Assembly: GCA_034530875.2 (NCBI GenBank)
Contig: JAVRCJ020000017.1
Coordinates: forward strand, 96,001-160,000
Length of the DNA stretch: 64,000 nucleotides
Direction: 5' to 3'
Source of the DNA: Nostoc sp. DedSLP01
Lineage (GTDB): Bacteria; Cyanobacteriota; Cyanobacteriia; Cyanobacteriales; Nostocaceae
The position numbers and the translations under genes were made by a program. The notes beneath the pieces are model-generated. The model was not told the origin of the DNA, made no database searches, and saw only the letters and a list, made by a program, of their open reading frames with translations. Positions 12,002-22,580 of this stretch are shown here, piece after piece (position 1 is the stretch's first letter; each line of letters starts with the position of its first letter).

Positions 12002-12421
12002 TTAAGTCCAATCTTCAAGACATAAATTAGGAACTTTGCTAAAATCTCTTTGATTGCGAGTAACTAAAATTGCTCCTGTAGCTAGAGCGATCGCAGCAAT
12101 TCTTAAATCTTGTGTACCAATATGGATTTTTTGCTGACGCAAACTTTGGTAGCAACTGTATGCTGCGTCATCGAACTCCAGCAAATTCATATTACAAAAG
12201 TAATGCTGGGTTATTCGTAAATTTCTATGAGCAACTGCTAAAAATTGTGGTTTATTAGCACATTTACTAATAGAGGCTAGTCTGCCTCTTAATTGTTCTT
12301 CGAGTGTAACTGTCGTAACAAATATGTTGGAACTGCCAACAACTTGAGCGCGTTGTAGAATTTTAGAATTACCATGTTGAGAAAGAGTAACATGATCGGT
12401 ATCGAGAATATATCGGCTCAA
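12002..12421 (-). CDS. vapC: PIN-domain toxin (VapC family)
   Basis: YILDTD, EEQLRG, DLRIAAIAL, LVTRNQRDF, EDW. Confidence 0.92.
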   Translation of the reverse strand: MSRYILDTDHVTLSQHGNSKILQRAQVVGSSNIFVTTVTLEEQLRGRLASISKCANKPQFLAVAHRNLRITQHYFCNMNLLEFDDAAYSCYQSLRQQKIHIGTQDLRIAAIALATGAILVTRNQRDFSKVPNLCLEDWT

Positions 12422-14364
12422 GTTGACTGATTCTCCTCCAAAGAAGCTTCATAAGCAGCAACTTCTGCATCTAATTCACGTCGATTTGCAGCCATATTTT
12501 CGACAAAATCATCAAAAAGCGGGTCATCTTTGAAAATCCCATCAAACTTAACCCAAGGATTAGATTCATCAACCTGTTGTTGCTGTTTTAAGATTGGTAA
12601 ACAACAAAGTCGTAATGTTATCCACCATAGATAAGACATGATAGGGCTGTTGAACTCACTATCATTAATTAAACCGTGAGCCATACGGTTTCTTAAATTT
12701 GAACCTGAACGCTCAATTAACAAACCTTGGAGGTCAAAAAGTGTGTCTTCATCAAAAATTGAGTTTATCTGTGGATAGTTGCGGGGGAAAAGAGTAGTAT
12801 TCAAATCACGCTCATCTTCAATTCCCTTATCAATATCAATTTTTGATGGTAGCGCACCGTGTTTTCGGAGTAGATAACGGATAGAATTCTCAATTTGAGG
12901 AATGAGAATATGGGTGGATGTGAAGAAGTCTCCGGTTAATCCAGCGTAAAGCCCTTTCGCAAACTGATATTCTCTCCCTGGTGGTACAAAGGGGTTGTTT
13001 GAAACTATTACAAATAAGTCTTTTAGTTGTACATTATGTTCTAGGTTTATTTGATCTCTGGCTGGCTCAATATAAGCTAGAGTGTGAAGTTTTTGATAGT
13101 AGATTGCATTTTTATACATCTCAAAACGAGTTAATTCTTCTACCTCCTCTGGATTATTGGATAAGGCTGACTCAGGTTTACGAGCTACAACTTTACCCAT
13201 TTCATTAATGATTGCAGATGGGAATAAATGATATATGGGATTTTCAACAGCTATTTCCAACACTTCTTGTCGAAGGTGAGAGGCTTTAGGTGGCGCTCCC
13301 AAAAATGCTAAATAAAAAAGCGCATCATAAAATTCTTTACCTTTGACGTGGGATCTGGCTATCTCTACCTGAACACTAATATCTGTTTCATGAGATATAG
13401 AAACTAACTCATTTAAAGATTGCTCCTGATACTGGCTAAGAAGCTTGCGAACCTCCTCAGCTTTTTCTTTTGCAGCCATAGTTTCTTCCTTAGTACCTCG
13501 GACATTCATAAAAGCTTCAAAAGCTTTCTCCATAAAATGTGACGCTCGCTGGTAGCTTGCATCTGTACCCTTAAGGCTATCTTCAGCTTCTTTTACATAG
13601 GTGTCAGCCGCCTGCATTTGCGCTGCACGTTCCTGTTCTACATCTTTTTCAAGACGATGCCATTGTGCTTTAATTTCCCAATAATTTCTTGCCCTACGCC
13701 AATCATTCGCTGATTCTGATAGGGTTGCGGCTTTCTCAGCTAGAGCAGCGTATTTATTAAAATTACCGCGTTTGTGTTCTTGCAAAAGCTCCATAAGCTC
13801 TGCTGATAAAAACTCTGTATCTTCTCCATTGCAGCGTTCAAGAACTTTCTCGATATGTGCAACAACATCTTCAAATTTATAATTAATTTTGCGTGCTAGC
13901 CAGAGCGCCCGTTCAATTCTAGCGAAACAAAAAATCCTGTGTTGAGGGTCTTCTAATTCTACGGCAGATTTTAAGTAATCTGTGACTGCTAACTGCGCCA
14001 TTTTATAATAGTCACGTCGTTTGCTAGTCCAGAGAATATCTGCAATTCGTGCTTGAAGTTCTGGGTCTGAGACTTCACCCACAATCTCAGCCAAAAAATC
14101 TAGATCTCCATCTGTCAAGCGCTCAATAAATTTAGCCAAAAACTTTTCATTTGAGCGCGGTTGGATTGCAGCATCAGTTACAATCTTCAAAATCTCAAAG
14201 ACAGACTGTTCTCTGACATTTCCTGCCTCTTTTGCTTCCTGCACCTTGTTCCAGAAGGCTCTGTTGTAAGCACTACATTCTTTTCTCTCGCTGCTATTAA
14301 TCACGTCCTGCCAGTGAGAGTTAATAAAATCTTGTTTAGTGAGAGGAGGATTTATTAATGGCAT
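12418..14364 (-). CDS. DUF4209-like (HEPN-type) protein with antitoxin-like C-terminal tail
   Basis: All-helical N-terminal part; LIPQIENSIR and GSNLRNRMAHGL (RxxxxH); tail NPWVKFDGIFKDDPLFDDFVENMAANRRELD; ATGA overlap with vapC. Confidence 0.75.
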   Translation of the reverse strand: MPLINPPLTKQDFINSHWQDVINSSERKECSAYNRAFWNKVQEAKEAGNVREQSVFEILKIVTDAAIQPRSNEKFLAKFIERLTDGDLDFLAEIVGEVSDPELQARIADILWTSKRRDYYKMAQLAVTDYLKSAVELEDPQHRIFCFARIERALWLARKINYKFEDVVAHIEKVLERCNGEDTEFLSAELMELLQEHKRGNFNKYAALAEKAATLSESANDWRRARNYWEIKAQWHRLEKDVEQERAAQMQAADTYVKEAEDSLKGTDASYQRASHFMEKAFEAFMNVRGTKEETMAAKEKAEEVRKLLSQYQEQSLNELVSISHETDISVQVEIARSHVKGKEFYDALFYLAFLGAPPKASHLRQEVLEIAVENPIYHLFPSAIINEMGKVVARKPESALSNNPEEVEELTRFEMYKNAIYYQKLHTLAYIEPARDQINLEHNVQLKDLFVIVSNNPFVPPGREYQFAKGLYAGLTGDFFTSTHILIPQIENSIRYLLRKHGALPSKIDIDKGIEDERDLNTTLFPRNYPQINSIFDEDTLFDLQGLLIERSGSNLRNRMAHGLINDSEFNSPIMSYLWWITLRLCCLPILKQQQQVDESNPWVKFDGIFKDDPLFDDFVENMAANRRELDAEVAAYEASLEENQST

Positions 14365-14498
14365 AGTCTAGAATTACTTGGCTATATATCTACTATGCCA
14401 AATCTGAAATAGATCGGGTTATTGTTAGGTCTAGCTGAATAATCCAAACAAAAGCTACAAATTAACATTCCCCAGCATAGCCAGGGAATGAGAAAATA

Positions 14499-15107
14499 CT
14501 AACTCGCAGCTAAATTTCCCCAACCGATGTAGGGTAATTTTGCCGCAGTGTCCCGAACTTGGTCTGCATTAGCTACTAACTGACCGCAAGCATCCCAAGT
14601 ACCAGCAATGAAGGCGCTTCTTGTACCTTCACTAATAAAAACTGGGGTAGTATAATCGCCAATTTCTACTTGCAAATTTTCTAGATTCACTGTTACATTT
14701 GCTTGGGGATTGGCAGCTACTAATTCTTGCAATTTTTTGACATTAGCAGCATCGGCGGTGACACAAGGTATACCCATTGCCACACAGTTACCGAAAAAGA
14801 TTTCAGCAAAACTTTCACCAATTAATGCTTGAATTCCCCATTTAGCGATCGCTTGGGGTGCGTGTTCCCGTGAGGAACCACAGCCAAAATTTCTATTAAC
14901 GATTAAAACCTTCGCTCCTTGGTATTGGGGTTGGTCAAAGGGATGTTCGCCGTTTAAAGCTTTGCGGTCATCAATAAACGCGCCTTCACCTAAACCATCA
15001 AAGGTAATCGCTTTCAAATAGCGGGCAGGAATAATGCGATCGGTATCTATATCATTACCCACTAAAGGTATACCGCGCCCTGAAACTGTTTTAACTTCAC
15101 TTACCAT
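14499..15107 (-). CDS. leuD: 3-isopropylmalate dehydratase small subunit
   Basis: [29 protein letters not shown]. Confidence 0.97.
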   Translation of the reverse strand: MVSEVKTVSGRGIPLVGNDIDTDRIIPARYLKAITFDGLGEGAFIDDRKALNGEHPFDQPQYQGAKVLIVNRNFGCGSSREHAPQAIAKWGIQALIGESFAEIFFGNCVAMGIPCVTADAANVKKLQELVAANPQANVTVNLENLQVEIGDYTTPVFISEGTRSAFIAGTWDACGQLVANADQVRDTAAKLPYIGWGNLAAS

Positions 15108-15255
15108 ATTAGGGATTGGGGATTGGGGATTGGGGACTGGGGATTGGGGAGATGGGGAGATGGGGAGATGGGGAGGTGGCCAGATGAGGAAGAAAGTAAT
15201 TCTTCTTTCCCCCTATCTCCCCATCCCCTTATCCCCCCATCCTCTTCCCTATGCC
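15108..15255. repeat. STRR heptamer/octamer tracts (GGGGATT/GGGGAGAT and complementary C-rich arm) between leuC and leuD
   Basis: Tandem G-rich repeats followed by inverted C-rich repeats. Confidence 0.8.
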
Positions 15256-15260
15256 CAAAA

Positions 15261-16664
15261 TTACAACAACTCGCGCACGTCAGATACTTCGCCCTTAATG
15301 GCAGCTGTAGCCACCATTGCCGGACTCATTAATAATGTGCGACCGGACGAGGAACCTTGCCTGCCTTTAAAGTTGCGATTTGAAGAGGAGGCGCTGATTT
15401 GTCTTCCTTGTAGTTTGTCTGGGTTCATCGCCAGACACATAGAACACCCAGGTTCGCGCCATTCAAATCCAGCTTCTTGGAAGATTTTGTCTAGTCCTTC
15501 AGCTTCCGCTTCTTGCTTCACCCGTTCGGAACCAGGGACTACAAAAGCCTTAACTCCCTCGGCAACGTGGCGACCTTTGGCGATTTTCGCAGCTTCCCGC
15601 AAATCGCTAATTCTGCCATTGGTGCAACTGCCGATAAAGCAGACATCGATTTTAGTACCTTTGATGGCTTGACCGGGGTATAAATCCATGTAGCGGTAAG
15701 CTTCTTCAGCAACAAAGCGGTCTTCTTCGGGCAATTCTTCCGGCTGGGGAACAAACTGGTTTACGCCGATACCTTGACCGGGAGTAATTCCCCAGGTAAC
15801 GGTGGGGGGAATTTCGGCAGCGTCAAAGACAACTACATCGTCATACTCAGCATCATCATCGCTTTTAATAGATTCCCACCAAGCCACTGCTTTGTCCCAA
15901 TCTGCACCTTTGGGGGCAAAATCTCTACCATTGAGGTAATCGTAGGTGACTGCATCGGGATTGACGTAGCCGCATCTGGCACCGCCTTCGATCGCCATAT
16001 TGCAGACTGTCATCCTCTCTTCCATATTCATTTGTTCAAAGGTGGTACCTGCAAATTCGTAGGCATAACCCACGCCACCTTTAACACCAAGGGTACGGAT
16101 GACGTGTAAAATCACATCTTTGGCGTAAACACCAGGGTTGAGAGTGCCGTTAACTTCTATTTTGCGGACTTTCAGTTTTGATAGTGCCAGCGTTTGGGAA
16201 GCTAGCACATCGCGGACTTGGCTAGTACCGATACCAAATGCGATCGCTCCAAATGCACCATGACTCGATGTGTGGCTATCTCCACAAGCGATCGTCATTC
16301 CCGGCTGGGTCAGTCCTTGTTCCGGTGCGATGACATGAACTATACCTTGGCTGCCAGAACCAATATTGTAAAAAGTTATGTTATTTTCTTGACAGTTCTG
16401 CTCTAGCGCCTGAATCATCTCCTCTGCCAAAGGATCGATAAAAGGACGCGCCTGGTTTTCTGTAGGTACAATGTGGTCTACCGTGGCGACAGTACGCTGT
16501 GGAAATAGTACTTTTAAATTTCTCTCGCGTAACATAGCAAAGGCTTGGGGACTAGTGACTTCATGAATGAGATGAAGCCCGATGAATAGTTGCGTCAGCC
16601 CTGAGGGAAGTGTACCAACAGTGTGTAAGTCCCAAACTTTATCGAATAAGGTACCTTTGCTCAT
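15261..16664 (-). CDS. leuC: 3-isopropylmalate dehydratase large subunit
   Basis: [35 protein letters not shown]. Confidence 0.98.
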   Translation of the reverse strand: MSKGTLFDKVWDLHTVGTLPSGLTQLFIGLHLIHEVTSPQAFAMLRERNLKVLFPQRTVATVDHIVPTENQARPFIDPLAEEMIQALEQNCQENNITFYNIGSGSQGIVHVIAPEQGLTQPGMTIACGDSHTSSHGAFGAIAFGIGTSQVRDVLASQTLALSKLKVRKIEVNGTLNPGVYAKDVILHVIRTLGVKGGVGYAYEFAGTTFEQMNMEERMTVCNMAIEGGARCGYVNPDAVTYDYLNGRDFAPKGADWDKAVAWWESIKSDDDAEYDDVVVFDAAEIPPTVTWGITPGQGIGVNQFVPQPEELPEEDRFVAEEAYRYMDLYPGQAIKGTKIDVCFIGSCTNGRISDLREAAKIAKGRHVAEGVKAFVVPGSERVKQEAEAEGLDKIFQEAGFEWREPGCSMCLAMNPDKLQGRQISASSSNRNFKGRQGSSSGRTLLMSPAMVATAAIKGEVSDVRELL

Positions 16665-16826
16665 ACGTCAATCGGTGTTTAATGAGTCAGAGTTTTCATG
16701 GTATCAAAAAAAAGTCTGACTTTTTCTATACGATTTATTGATTGAGGGGACTGGTGACTGGGGACTGGTGGCTGGGGACTGGGGATTGGGAAGATGGGGA
16801 AATGAGAGTGAAACTTTTGAACCTCA

Positions 16827-17057
16827 GAGGTTCGTCGTTGAATATTTGAGGTTTGTCGTTGAATATTTGAGGTTCGTCGTTGAATATTTGAGGTTCGCCG
16901 TTGAATATCTGAGGTTTGTCGTTGAATATTTGAGGTTCGTCGCTGAATATCTGAGGTTCGCCGTTGAATATCTGAGGTTCGTCGCTGAATATCTGAGGTT
17001 CGTCGTCGAATATTTGAGGTTCGTCGTCGAATATTTGAAGCTTGTCACTGAATATCT
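16827..17057. repeat. 21-bp tandem repeat x11 (GAGGTTCGTCGTTGAATATTT consensus)
   Basis: Eleven adjacent units with no spacers; the last unit is degenerate. Confidence 0.95.
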
Positions 17058-17114
17058 GAGCTTTAAACTTCTAGTTTTAACACTCCCTCATCTTCCCATG
17101 CCCAATGCCCTTAG

Positions 17115-19160
17115 TTATTTAATAAAAATGACACTTGCCAAAACTTGTAATTTTTTGAGTTCGCGGACAAGACCTTGAGCTTGATGTTTATAAAGTGGTG
17201 TTGGGACAACGCTGGGTAAATTATTCATTAATTGGTTAGCAGCAGCCAAACTGCATCCTGTAATCAAAGCAATTTTTTGTGCAGCATCAGCAAGTGCAGT
17301 TTTCATGAGAGCATTTTCAATTTTTACTTGCCAAAGACGAGGTAGCATTTCACCCCATTCAATGCGCTGTAAGCTGCTGGTAGCGGCTAAAACAATCAAG
17401 CGATCGCCAGCACAAAGGTTAACATCTTTCCAAGGCATTAATAAATAATTGTCTTGTCCAGCTTTCTGATACAAAATCGGTACAACCCCGTAGCCATGAG
17501 CGATTTCCGATAACAGCAAGCCATTAAGGGTATCGCCTGCTTCGATGTTGTATTCTGTGACCATGACTATTTGAGCGTTCAAATGAAACAAGCTCAAAAC
17601 GTTTTCGCCAAAGGCAGCACAAGCAAAAACTTCTGCTGACAAAGCCGCGCCACACACAACTTGAGCGTAGGGAAACAGAGAGGCGATATTGTCGCTAAAT
17701 TGGCGGTCTTGAGAGCGAATAATTAAGCGACTCGTAGGGTTGATGGCATGAGCCATTAAACCAATTTCTAGATTTTCCATGCGATCGTCGCCGGCTAAAA
17801 TGATACTTTTAGCATGGGGAAGATTTACCAAAGCCAATGCTTCGGTAGGATTGTCGATAATTAAAGGCATCTTGGGTAAAAGGCGATCGTCGAGAGTGGT
17901 AGTATGAACTCCCACGAATGGCTGGTTGAGTTCTTGCAAAACAGCAGCCACTTTCTGTCCCAAACGATTTAAGCCAATGAGTACCACATGGTTTTGTTGT
18001 GGCACAGGAAGATGTCTTTTGAAAAACTCAAACTTTGATGTAACAAGAGCATCGGTCAGCAATGCATACAATATTCCCACGAAAGCTTGACCTGTTAATG
18101 TCAGTCCCAAGCTGAATAACCGCAACCACCACGACATATTATCTGAGGGTTCTGGTTGCGATGCAAACTTAACCCCACCAAATAAATCTCCGTATCCTCC
18201 CAAGAGCAAAACAGCTGTGGCATAGAATGCTTCGTGGACGGTGATGTGAGGATAATATAAGCAAAAAAGAATGATGCCAATCAGCCAAAGCACGAGGACG
18301 GTAATTGCATAAATCGTTGCAATTCGCCTGATTTGATTTTGGCTTTGGTAGTAAGATTGCCAAAATCGCACAATTTTTCGCTTGAGATTCTTCGGTGCAA
18401 TGCATTGAAGAAAGTCTTGCCATTGCCACCAAAACTCCTGAGATTCCTCGATATATTGCTCAGATAAAGCTAAATCTTGTGCAACTTCAATGTAAACGAG
18501 TGTATCTCCAGTCTGCACAATTGCCTCTGGATTCCACTCGTAGAACTGTTTCGGTGCTTGAGATGAAAAAGGTATGTGACTTAAGACGCGGCGAGTTGTC
18601 AAATTGAGCCTATGTACTGGTTTGCCATTGCACCAACTATCCTTTTGTTGTACTTGATGCTCAATTACTCGCAACAGATGCCCCTCTAAAGTAAAATATC
18701 CGATCGCTTCAGAACCCAAAGCTTTGAGCGCAAAGGCATAAGCTGATAGATGCGTAGGTTCAAAGGCGACAAAATTACCGAGATTTTGATACAACAGTTC
18801 GTTAAAATTTTGTTTATCAGAACGTACAATCAAACGAACTTGTGGATTTAAACGGCGTGCGGCAAAAGCAGCTTCTATATTCAATCGTTCATTTCTGGTG
18901 ACTATTAATATTGAACGACAATGGCGGATGTCTGCCTGCTCTAAAACATTTGGCTGACGGCAGTCTCCGATAATTAACTTTTCTAATAAGCTTGGTACTT
19001 CTGGGATTTCCCAATATTTAGGCTCTACATCGTCAATCGCGCTGACTTTAACATCGTATTCTTTAAGAACTTCAACACAATGCTGACCTAAACTTGTCAG
19101 CCCGCATACTAAGAAAAGGTCTTGCTTTTTATCTGGACTAGTGGCGCTAGAGGTATTCAC
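17115..19160 (-). CDS. Potassium channel with TrkA-N/RCK domains
   Basis: Two Rossmann-type RCK domains; pore region with GGYGD filter between TM helices. Confidence 0.85.
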   Translation of the reverse strand: MNTSSATSPDKKQDLFLVCGLTSLGQHCVEVLKEYDVKVSAIDDVEPKYWEIPEVPSLLEKLIIGDCRQPNVLEQADIRHCRSILIVTRNERLNIEAAFAARRLNPQVRLIVRSDKQNFNELLYQNLGNFVAFEPTHLSAYAFALKALGSEAIGYFTLEGHLLRVIEHQVQQKDSWCNGKPVHRLNLTTRRVLSHIPFSSQAPKQFYEWNPEAIVQTGDTLVYIEVAQDLALSEQYIEESQEFWWQWQDFLQCIAPKNLKRKIVRFWQSYYQSQNQIRRIATIYAITVLVLWLIGIILFCLYYPHITVHEAFYATAVLLLGGYGDLFGGVKFASQPEPSDNMSWWLRLFSLGLTLTGQAFVGILYALLTDALVTSKFEFFKRHLPVPQQNHVVLIGLNRLGQKVAAVLQELNQPFVGVHTTTLDDRLLPKMPLIIDNPTEALALVNLPHAKSIILAGDDRMENLEIGLMAHAINPTSRLIIRSQDRQFSDNIASLFPYAQVVCGAALSAEVFACAAFGENVLSLFHLNAQIVMVTEYNIEAGDTLNGLLLSEIAHGYGVVPILYQKAGQDNYLLMPWKDVNLCAGDRLIVLAATSSLQRIEWGEMLPRLWQVKIENALMKTALADAAQKIALITGCSLAAANQLMNNLPSVVPTPLYKHQAQGLVRELKKLQVLASVIFIK

Positions 19161-19305
19161 TTTCTATAGCAGTACTCGATACTGCTTGCCGCATTGTAGC
19201 CAGTCTCAGGTTTAATTTTACGCTGCTGCTAGTTGAAGAAGAATAGAAATTCAGAAATGAAGTGGAAATTAGGAACTGGGAGGGTTTTTGATATCGGTTT
19301 TATCC

Positions 19306-19629
19306 TCAAGTCTGCTCGCTTCCATTAGAATTTCGCCTGGCTAGGTAATCCAATACACTACTGATGCGGTCAAGAGCAGTGCTAGCTGTTCGTTGAAATT
19401 CTTGTAATTGGGTAAGATCAGCGCGCTGCTGTCTAATTTCACGAGCTAAAATCTCAAGTCCTTGCTGGTGAATGTTCGCAGTTTCCACTAACGCACCGAT
19501 CGACTGCCTTAGTTCCGCTGTAGATTGCCTCAGTTCCGCATTTACCACAACTTGATTATCAAGTTGCTGTGCTACTCGGTCTAATGTCGCTTCTATTCGA
19601 TCTAGCCTATCTGGTTGGTTTTGTGTCAT
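19306..19629 (-). CDS. Small coiled-coil hypothetical protein
   Basis: MTQNQPDRLDRIEATLDR..., a heptad-rich cyanobacterial type; likely start 19629. Confidence 0.7.
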   Translation of the reverse strand: MTQNQPDRLDRIEATLDRVAQQLDNQVVVNAELRQSTAELRQSIGALVETANIHQQGLEILAREIRQQRADLTQLQEFQRTASTALDRISSVLDYLARRNSNGSEQT

Positions 19630-19696
19630 AAAAAATCCTCTTGCAAATGCGATCGCTTTCAATCTCACTAAGTTTTACAACTGCAATTTGCTTCCA

Positions 19697-19730
19697 ATAA
19701 AAAAGCCGCCTTGTAGGGCGGCTTTTTTAT
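19697..19730. terminator. Intrinsic terminator downstream of tRNA-Val
   Basis: AAAAAAGCCGCC-loop-GGCGGCTTTTTT. Confidence 0.85.
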
Positions 19731-19733
19731 CTA

Positions 19734-19806
<73 letters not shown>

Positions 19807-19983
19807 TTTTGTCTCACGATTATATAATATAGCAAAAGATTTTCTATCGCGCTAGTGTTTTGCAAAAATATTTTTTTAACGTAGATGCCAATTCGCCACT
19901 CCCTACTCCCCTTTTTAATCTAGAGATGCTTACCCAACATTATTAGCTTATAATCTCTCAGTATTCAGCACTCAGTACTCAGG

Positions 19984-20589
19984 ATGCCCTCTGGTCGGAC
20001 GCACGATCGCATTACTTTATATGCTCTGCCGTTCGTGGCGGGTATAACTTTGTGGCAGACTCGCAGTAGCAATGCGACTTTGTTGGTTGCAGGCGGATTT
20101 CTCTTTGGCGGCCTGATGTTTGGCCCGGATTTAGATATTTATTCTGTCCAATTCCAACGCTGGGGTTTCTTGCGTTGGATTTGGTTACCTTATCAAAAAA
20201 GCCTCCGCCATCGTTCTTTTTTATCCCACGGGCCGATTATTGGTACGACGCTGCGGGTAATTTATCTCGGATGCTTATTAGCTATTTTGGCAATTTTCGC
20301 CTTGGCAATTGCCCAAAAGTTCTGGAGTGTTAGTTTCACGTGGCAGGATTTGGGCAAAAATGTGGGGCGATCGCTTGTTGATTACAATACTGAATATATT
20401 GCTCTTTTTTTGGGTTTAGAACTCGGCGCTATGAGTCATTCTCTTAGCGATTGGAGTGGTTCGGCATATAAGCGGTTTCAAAAACAGGGGATTCGTGGTT
20501 TGGTTCCTAGTGGTAAAATCAAGAAGCGTCAAGTGACAAGTCGTGGTAAACGTCGCCCTAAACCCAGAAATAGTAAAACTAGGTCTTAA
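19984..20589 (+). CDS. Putative metal-binding membrane protein (DUF2227-like)
   Basis: MPSGRTHD, GPDLD, HRSFLSH, SHSLSD. Confidence 0.85.
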   Translation: MPSGRTHDRITLYALPFVAGITLWQTRSSNATLLVAGGFLFGGLMFGPDLDIYSVQFQRWGFLRWIWLPYQKSLRHRSFLSHGPIIGTTLRVIYLGCLLAILAIFALAIAQKFWSVSFTWQDLGKNVGRSLVDYNTEYIALFLGLELGAMSHSLSDWSGSAYKRFQKQGIRGLVPSGKIKKRQVTSRGKRRPKPRNSKTRS

Positions 20590-22301
20590 TTAGGTTTAGC
20601 CCAAATTGGAATCTGAATTACAAACTCAGTTCCCTGTGTGAGAGTAGAAAAGTACTCTATTTTGCCACCATGTTTTTCTGTGATAATTTGGTAACTGGTG
20701 TAAAGTCCCATACCCGTACCTTTGCCTATGGGCTTGGTTGTGAAAAACGGGTCAAACAGAGATTTATGTGCAGCTTCTGGTATTCCAAGTCCATTGTCGG
20801 CGATGCCTTCGGCGGGCTTCGCCAACGCAATTTGCACCCACTCGCAAGCAATTACCGAGGTGCGAATGGTGATGCGACCGGGGTTGTGTTGTACCTGACA
20901 ATCGTTGGTGTGGTTATATGCTTCTTCAACAGCGTCAATTGCATTTGCTAAAACATTGAGCAAAGCTTGGTTAAGTTGTCCGGGATAGCATTGTACTAGA
21001 GGTAAATCACCGTAGTCTCGAATTACTTCAATCCTCGGCATTTGTAGTTTAGGCTGGAGTCGATGTTGCAAAATTAACAGAGTACTGTCAATACCTTCGT
21101 GGATATTAACGGCTTTAAATTCAGCTTCATCTATGCGCGAGAAATTGCGAAGTGACAGCACAATTTGGCGAATACGTTGAGTTCCCATTGTTAGGGAATT
21201 CAGGATTTTGCTTAAGTCTTGCTGCAAAAACCCTAAATCAATTTTCTCTACTTCTTGTCTAATTTCGTTCGCAGGATTTGGGTAGTGATGCTGGTAGAGT
21301 TGCACTAAATTGCTCAGAGATTGAGCATATTCTTGTACGTGAAACAGATTGGCGTGAATAAAGTTAACAGGGTTGTTGATTTCGTGAGCGATTCCTGCTA
21401 CTAATTGACCCAAACTCGACATTTTTTCCGATTGAATCAATTGGGCTTGGGTTTTTTGTAGAGATTTGAGAGTTTGTTGAAGTTCTGCTTCTGCTTGGTG
21501 GCGTTCGTTAATTTCACTTTGCAATTGTTTGTTGATACTAAGTAAACTATCCCTGGACTGTTGCAAATCGTCTGCCATTTTGTTGAAGCAAGCCGCTAAC
21601 TCGCCAATTTCGTCTTGCGAGTGAATGTCAACTCTGGTATCAAACTGGTCTTTGGCTAAATTCAGCAGGGCTTGCTGAAGTTTCTCGATCGGTTTGCAGA
21701 TACTTAGAGATATAAAATAGCCTCCTGCTAATGCAAGTACACCGCACAGCAAGCTCATCCCTAATGTAGCAAAAATGCTTTTTCGAGCTGTTGCCATTGC
21801 AGCTTCGTAAAGTGGAGTATATTCCAGAATTACTGCACCAATTGTTCGATTGTTGCTAGCTTTGAAAGGAACAGCAATCAGTTGAATTCCATTTGGATAT
21901 TCAGAACTAGTTTCAATATATGTTCTTGGGATACCATCCTGGATAGTCTTGCCGACTTCATTATTGGGGTCATGATTTAATCGAGTACCAATGTCTTCGG
22001 GAACGACATCTGCCAGAATTATCTTATTGCGATCGACAATCTCCAAATCGCGCTGACGTTGCTTGTGTAGGGCTTCCACATGGCGTTGCAAATGAGTTGC
22101 CATTTCTTTTGGGGATTTAAATTTATGGATTTCCAACTCATGATTGGTAAAATATCCAACTAATCCAGCGACTTCTTGAGCTTCTTGTCGAGCAAGATAT
22201 TTGGCTGTCTGTGATTGTTGATGAGATGCAATCGCACCAATACCTCCTGTAAGACTAGCAATTCCCAGAAACCCCAAAATTAATTTTTGACTAATTTTCA
22301 T
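20586..22301 (-). CDS. HAMP-domain sensor histidine kinase
   Basis: Two TMs, HAMP (DEIGELA), H-box AHEINNP, N/G1/F/G2 boxes; carries a 7-aa in-frame insertion before DNGLG. Confidence 0.93.
   Translation of the reverse strand: MKISQKLILGFLGIASLTGGIGAIASHQQSQTAKYLARQEAQEVAGLVGYFTNHELEIHKFKSPKEMATHLQRHVEALHKQRQRDLEIVDRNKIILADVVPEDIGTRLNHDPNNEVGKTIQDGIPRTYIETSSEYPNGIQLIAVPFKASNNRTIGAVILEYTPLYEAAMATARKSIFATLGMSLLCGVLALAGGYFISLSICKPIEKLQQALLNLAKDQFDTRVDIHSQDEIGELAACFNKMADDLQQSRDSLLSINKQLQSEINERHQAEAELQQTLKSLQKTQAQLIQSEKMSSLGQLVAGIAHEINNPVNFIHANLFHVQEYAQSLSNLVQLYQHHYPNPANEIRQEVEKIDLGFLQQDLSKILNSLTMGTQRIRQIVLSLRNFSRIDEAEFKAVNIHEGIDSTLLILQHRLQPKLQMPRIEVIRDYGDLPLVQCYPGQLNQALLNVLANAIDAVEEAYNHTNDCQVQHNPGRITIRTSVIACEWVQIALAKPAEGIADNGLGIPEAAHKSLFDPFFTTKPIGKGTGMGLYTSYQIITEKHGGKIEYFSTLTQGTEFVIQIPIWAKPN
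20805..20825. mobile_element. 21-nt small dispersed repeat inserted in a HIP1 site
   Basis: GCGAT-[GCCTTCGGCGGGCTTCGCCAA]-CGC; removing it restores GCGATCGC. Confidence 0.8.
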
Positions 22302-22580
22302 CCCTTCTTCCAAAAATCGCGTGCTGGTTAGTATATTTTTTTGTGAGTAATTACTTACTCTTAAAATTCCCAGTCATTAGTCTCTCAGCTACAAAGTAAT
22401 TAGTTTTTTTAGTAAAGACGATCGCTGTTACATAATAAAAAGATGAATTTCGCTGGTGTAGTTTCAGCCTACGAAGATGAGAAACCTCTAGACTGTAGTA
22501 AATAAATGTAATTGCAATCAAGGAGACTTGAATTGCATATTTAATTATTTATGTCAATAAGATTTTTGAGAATTTAACTT

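Noticed and set aside
15034..16406. Plus-strand ORFs overlapping leuC/leuD
   Set aside because: Antisense shadows of well-supported genes plus STRR read-through.
16827..17057. Possible CRISPR array
   Set aside because: Units are directly adjacent with no unique spacers, and there are no cas genes.
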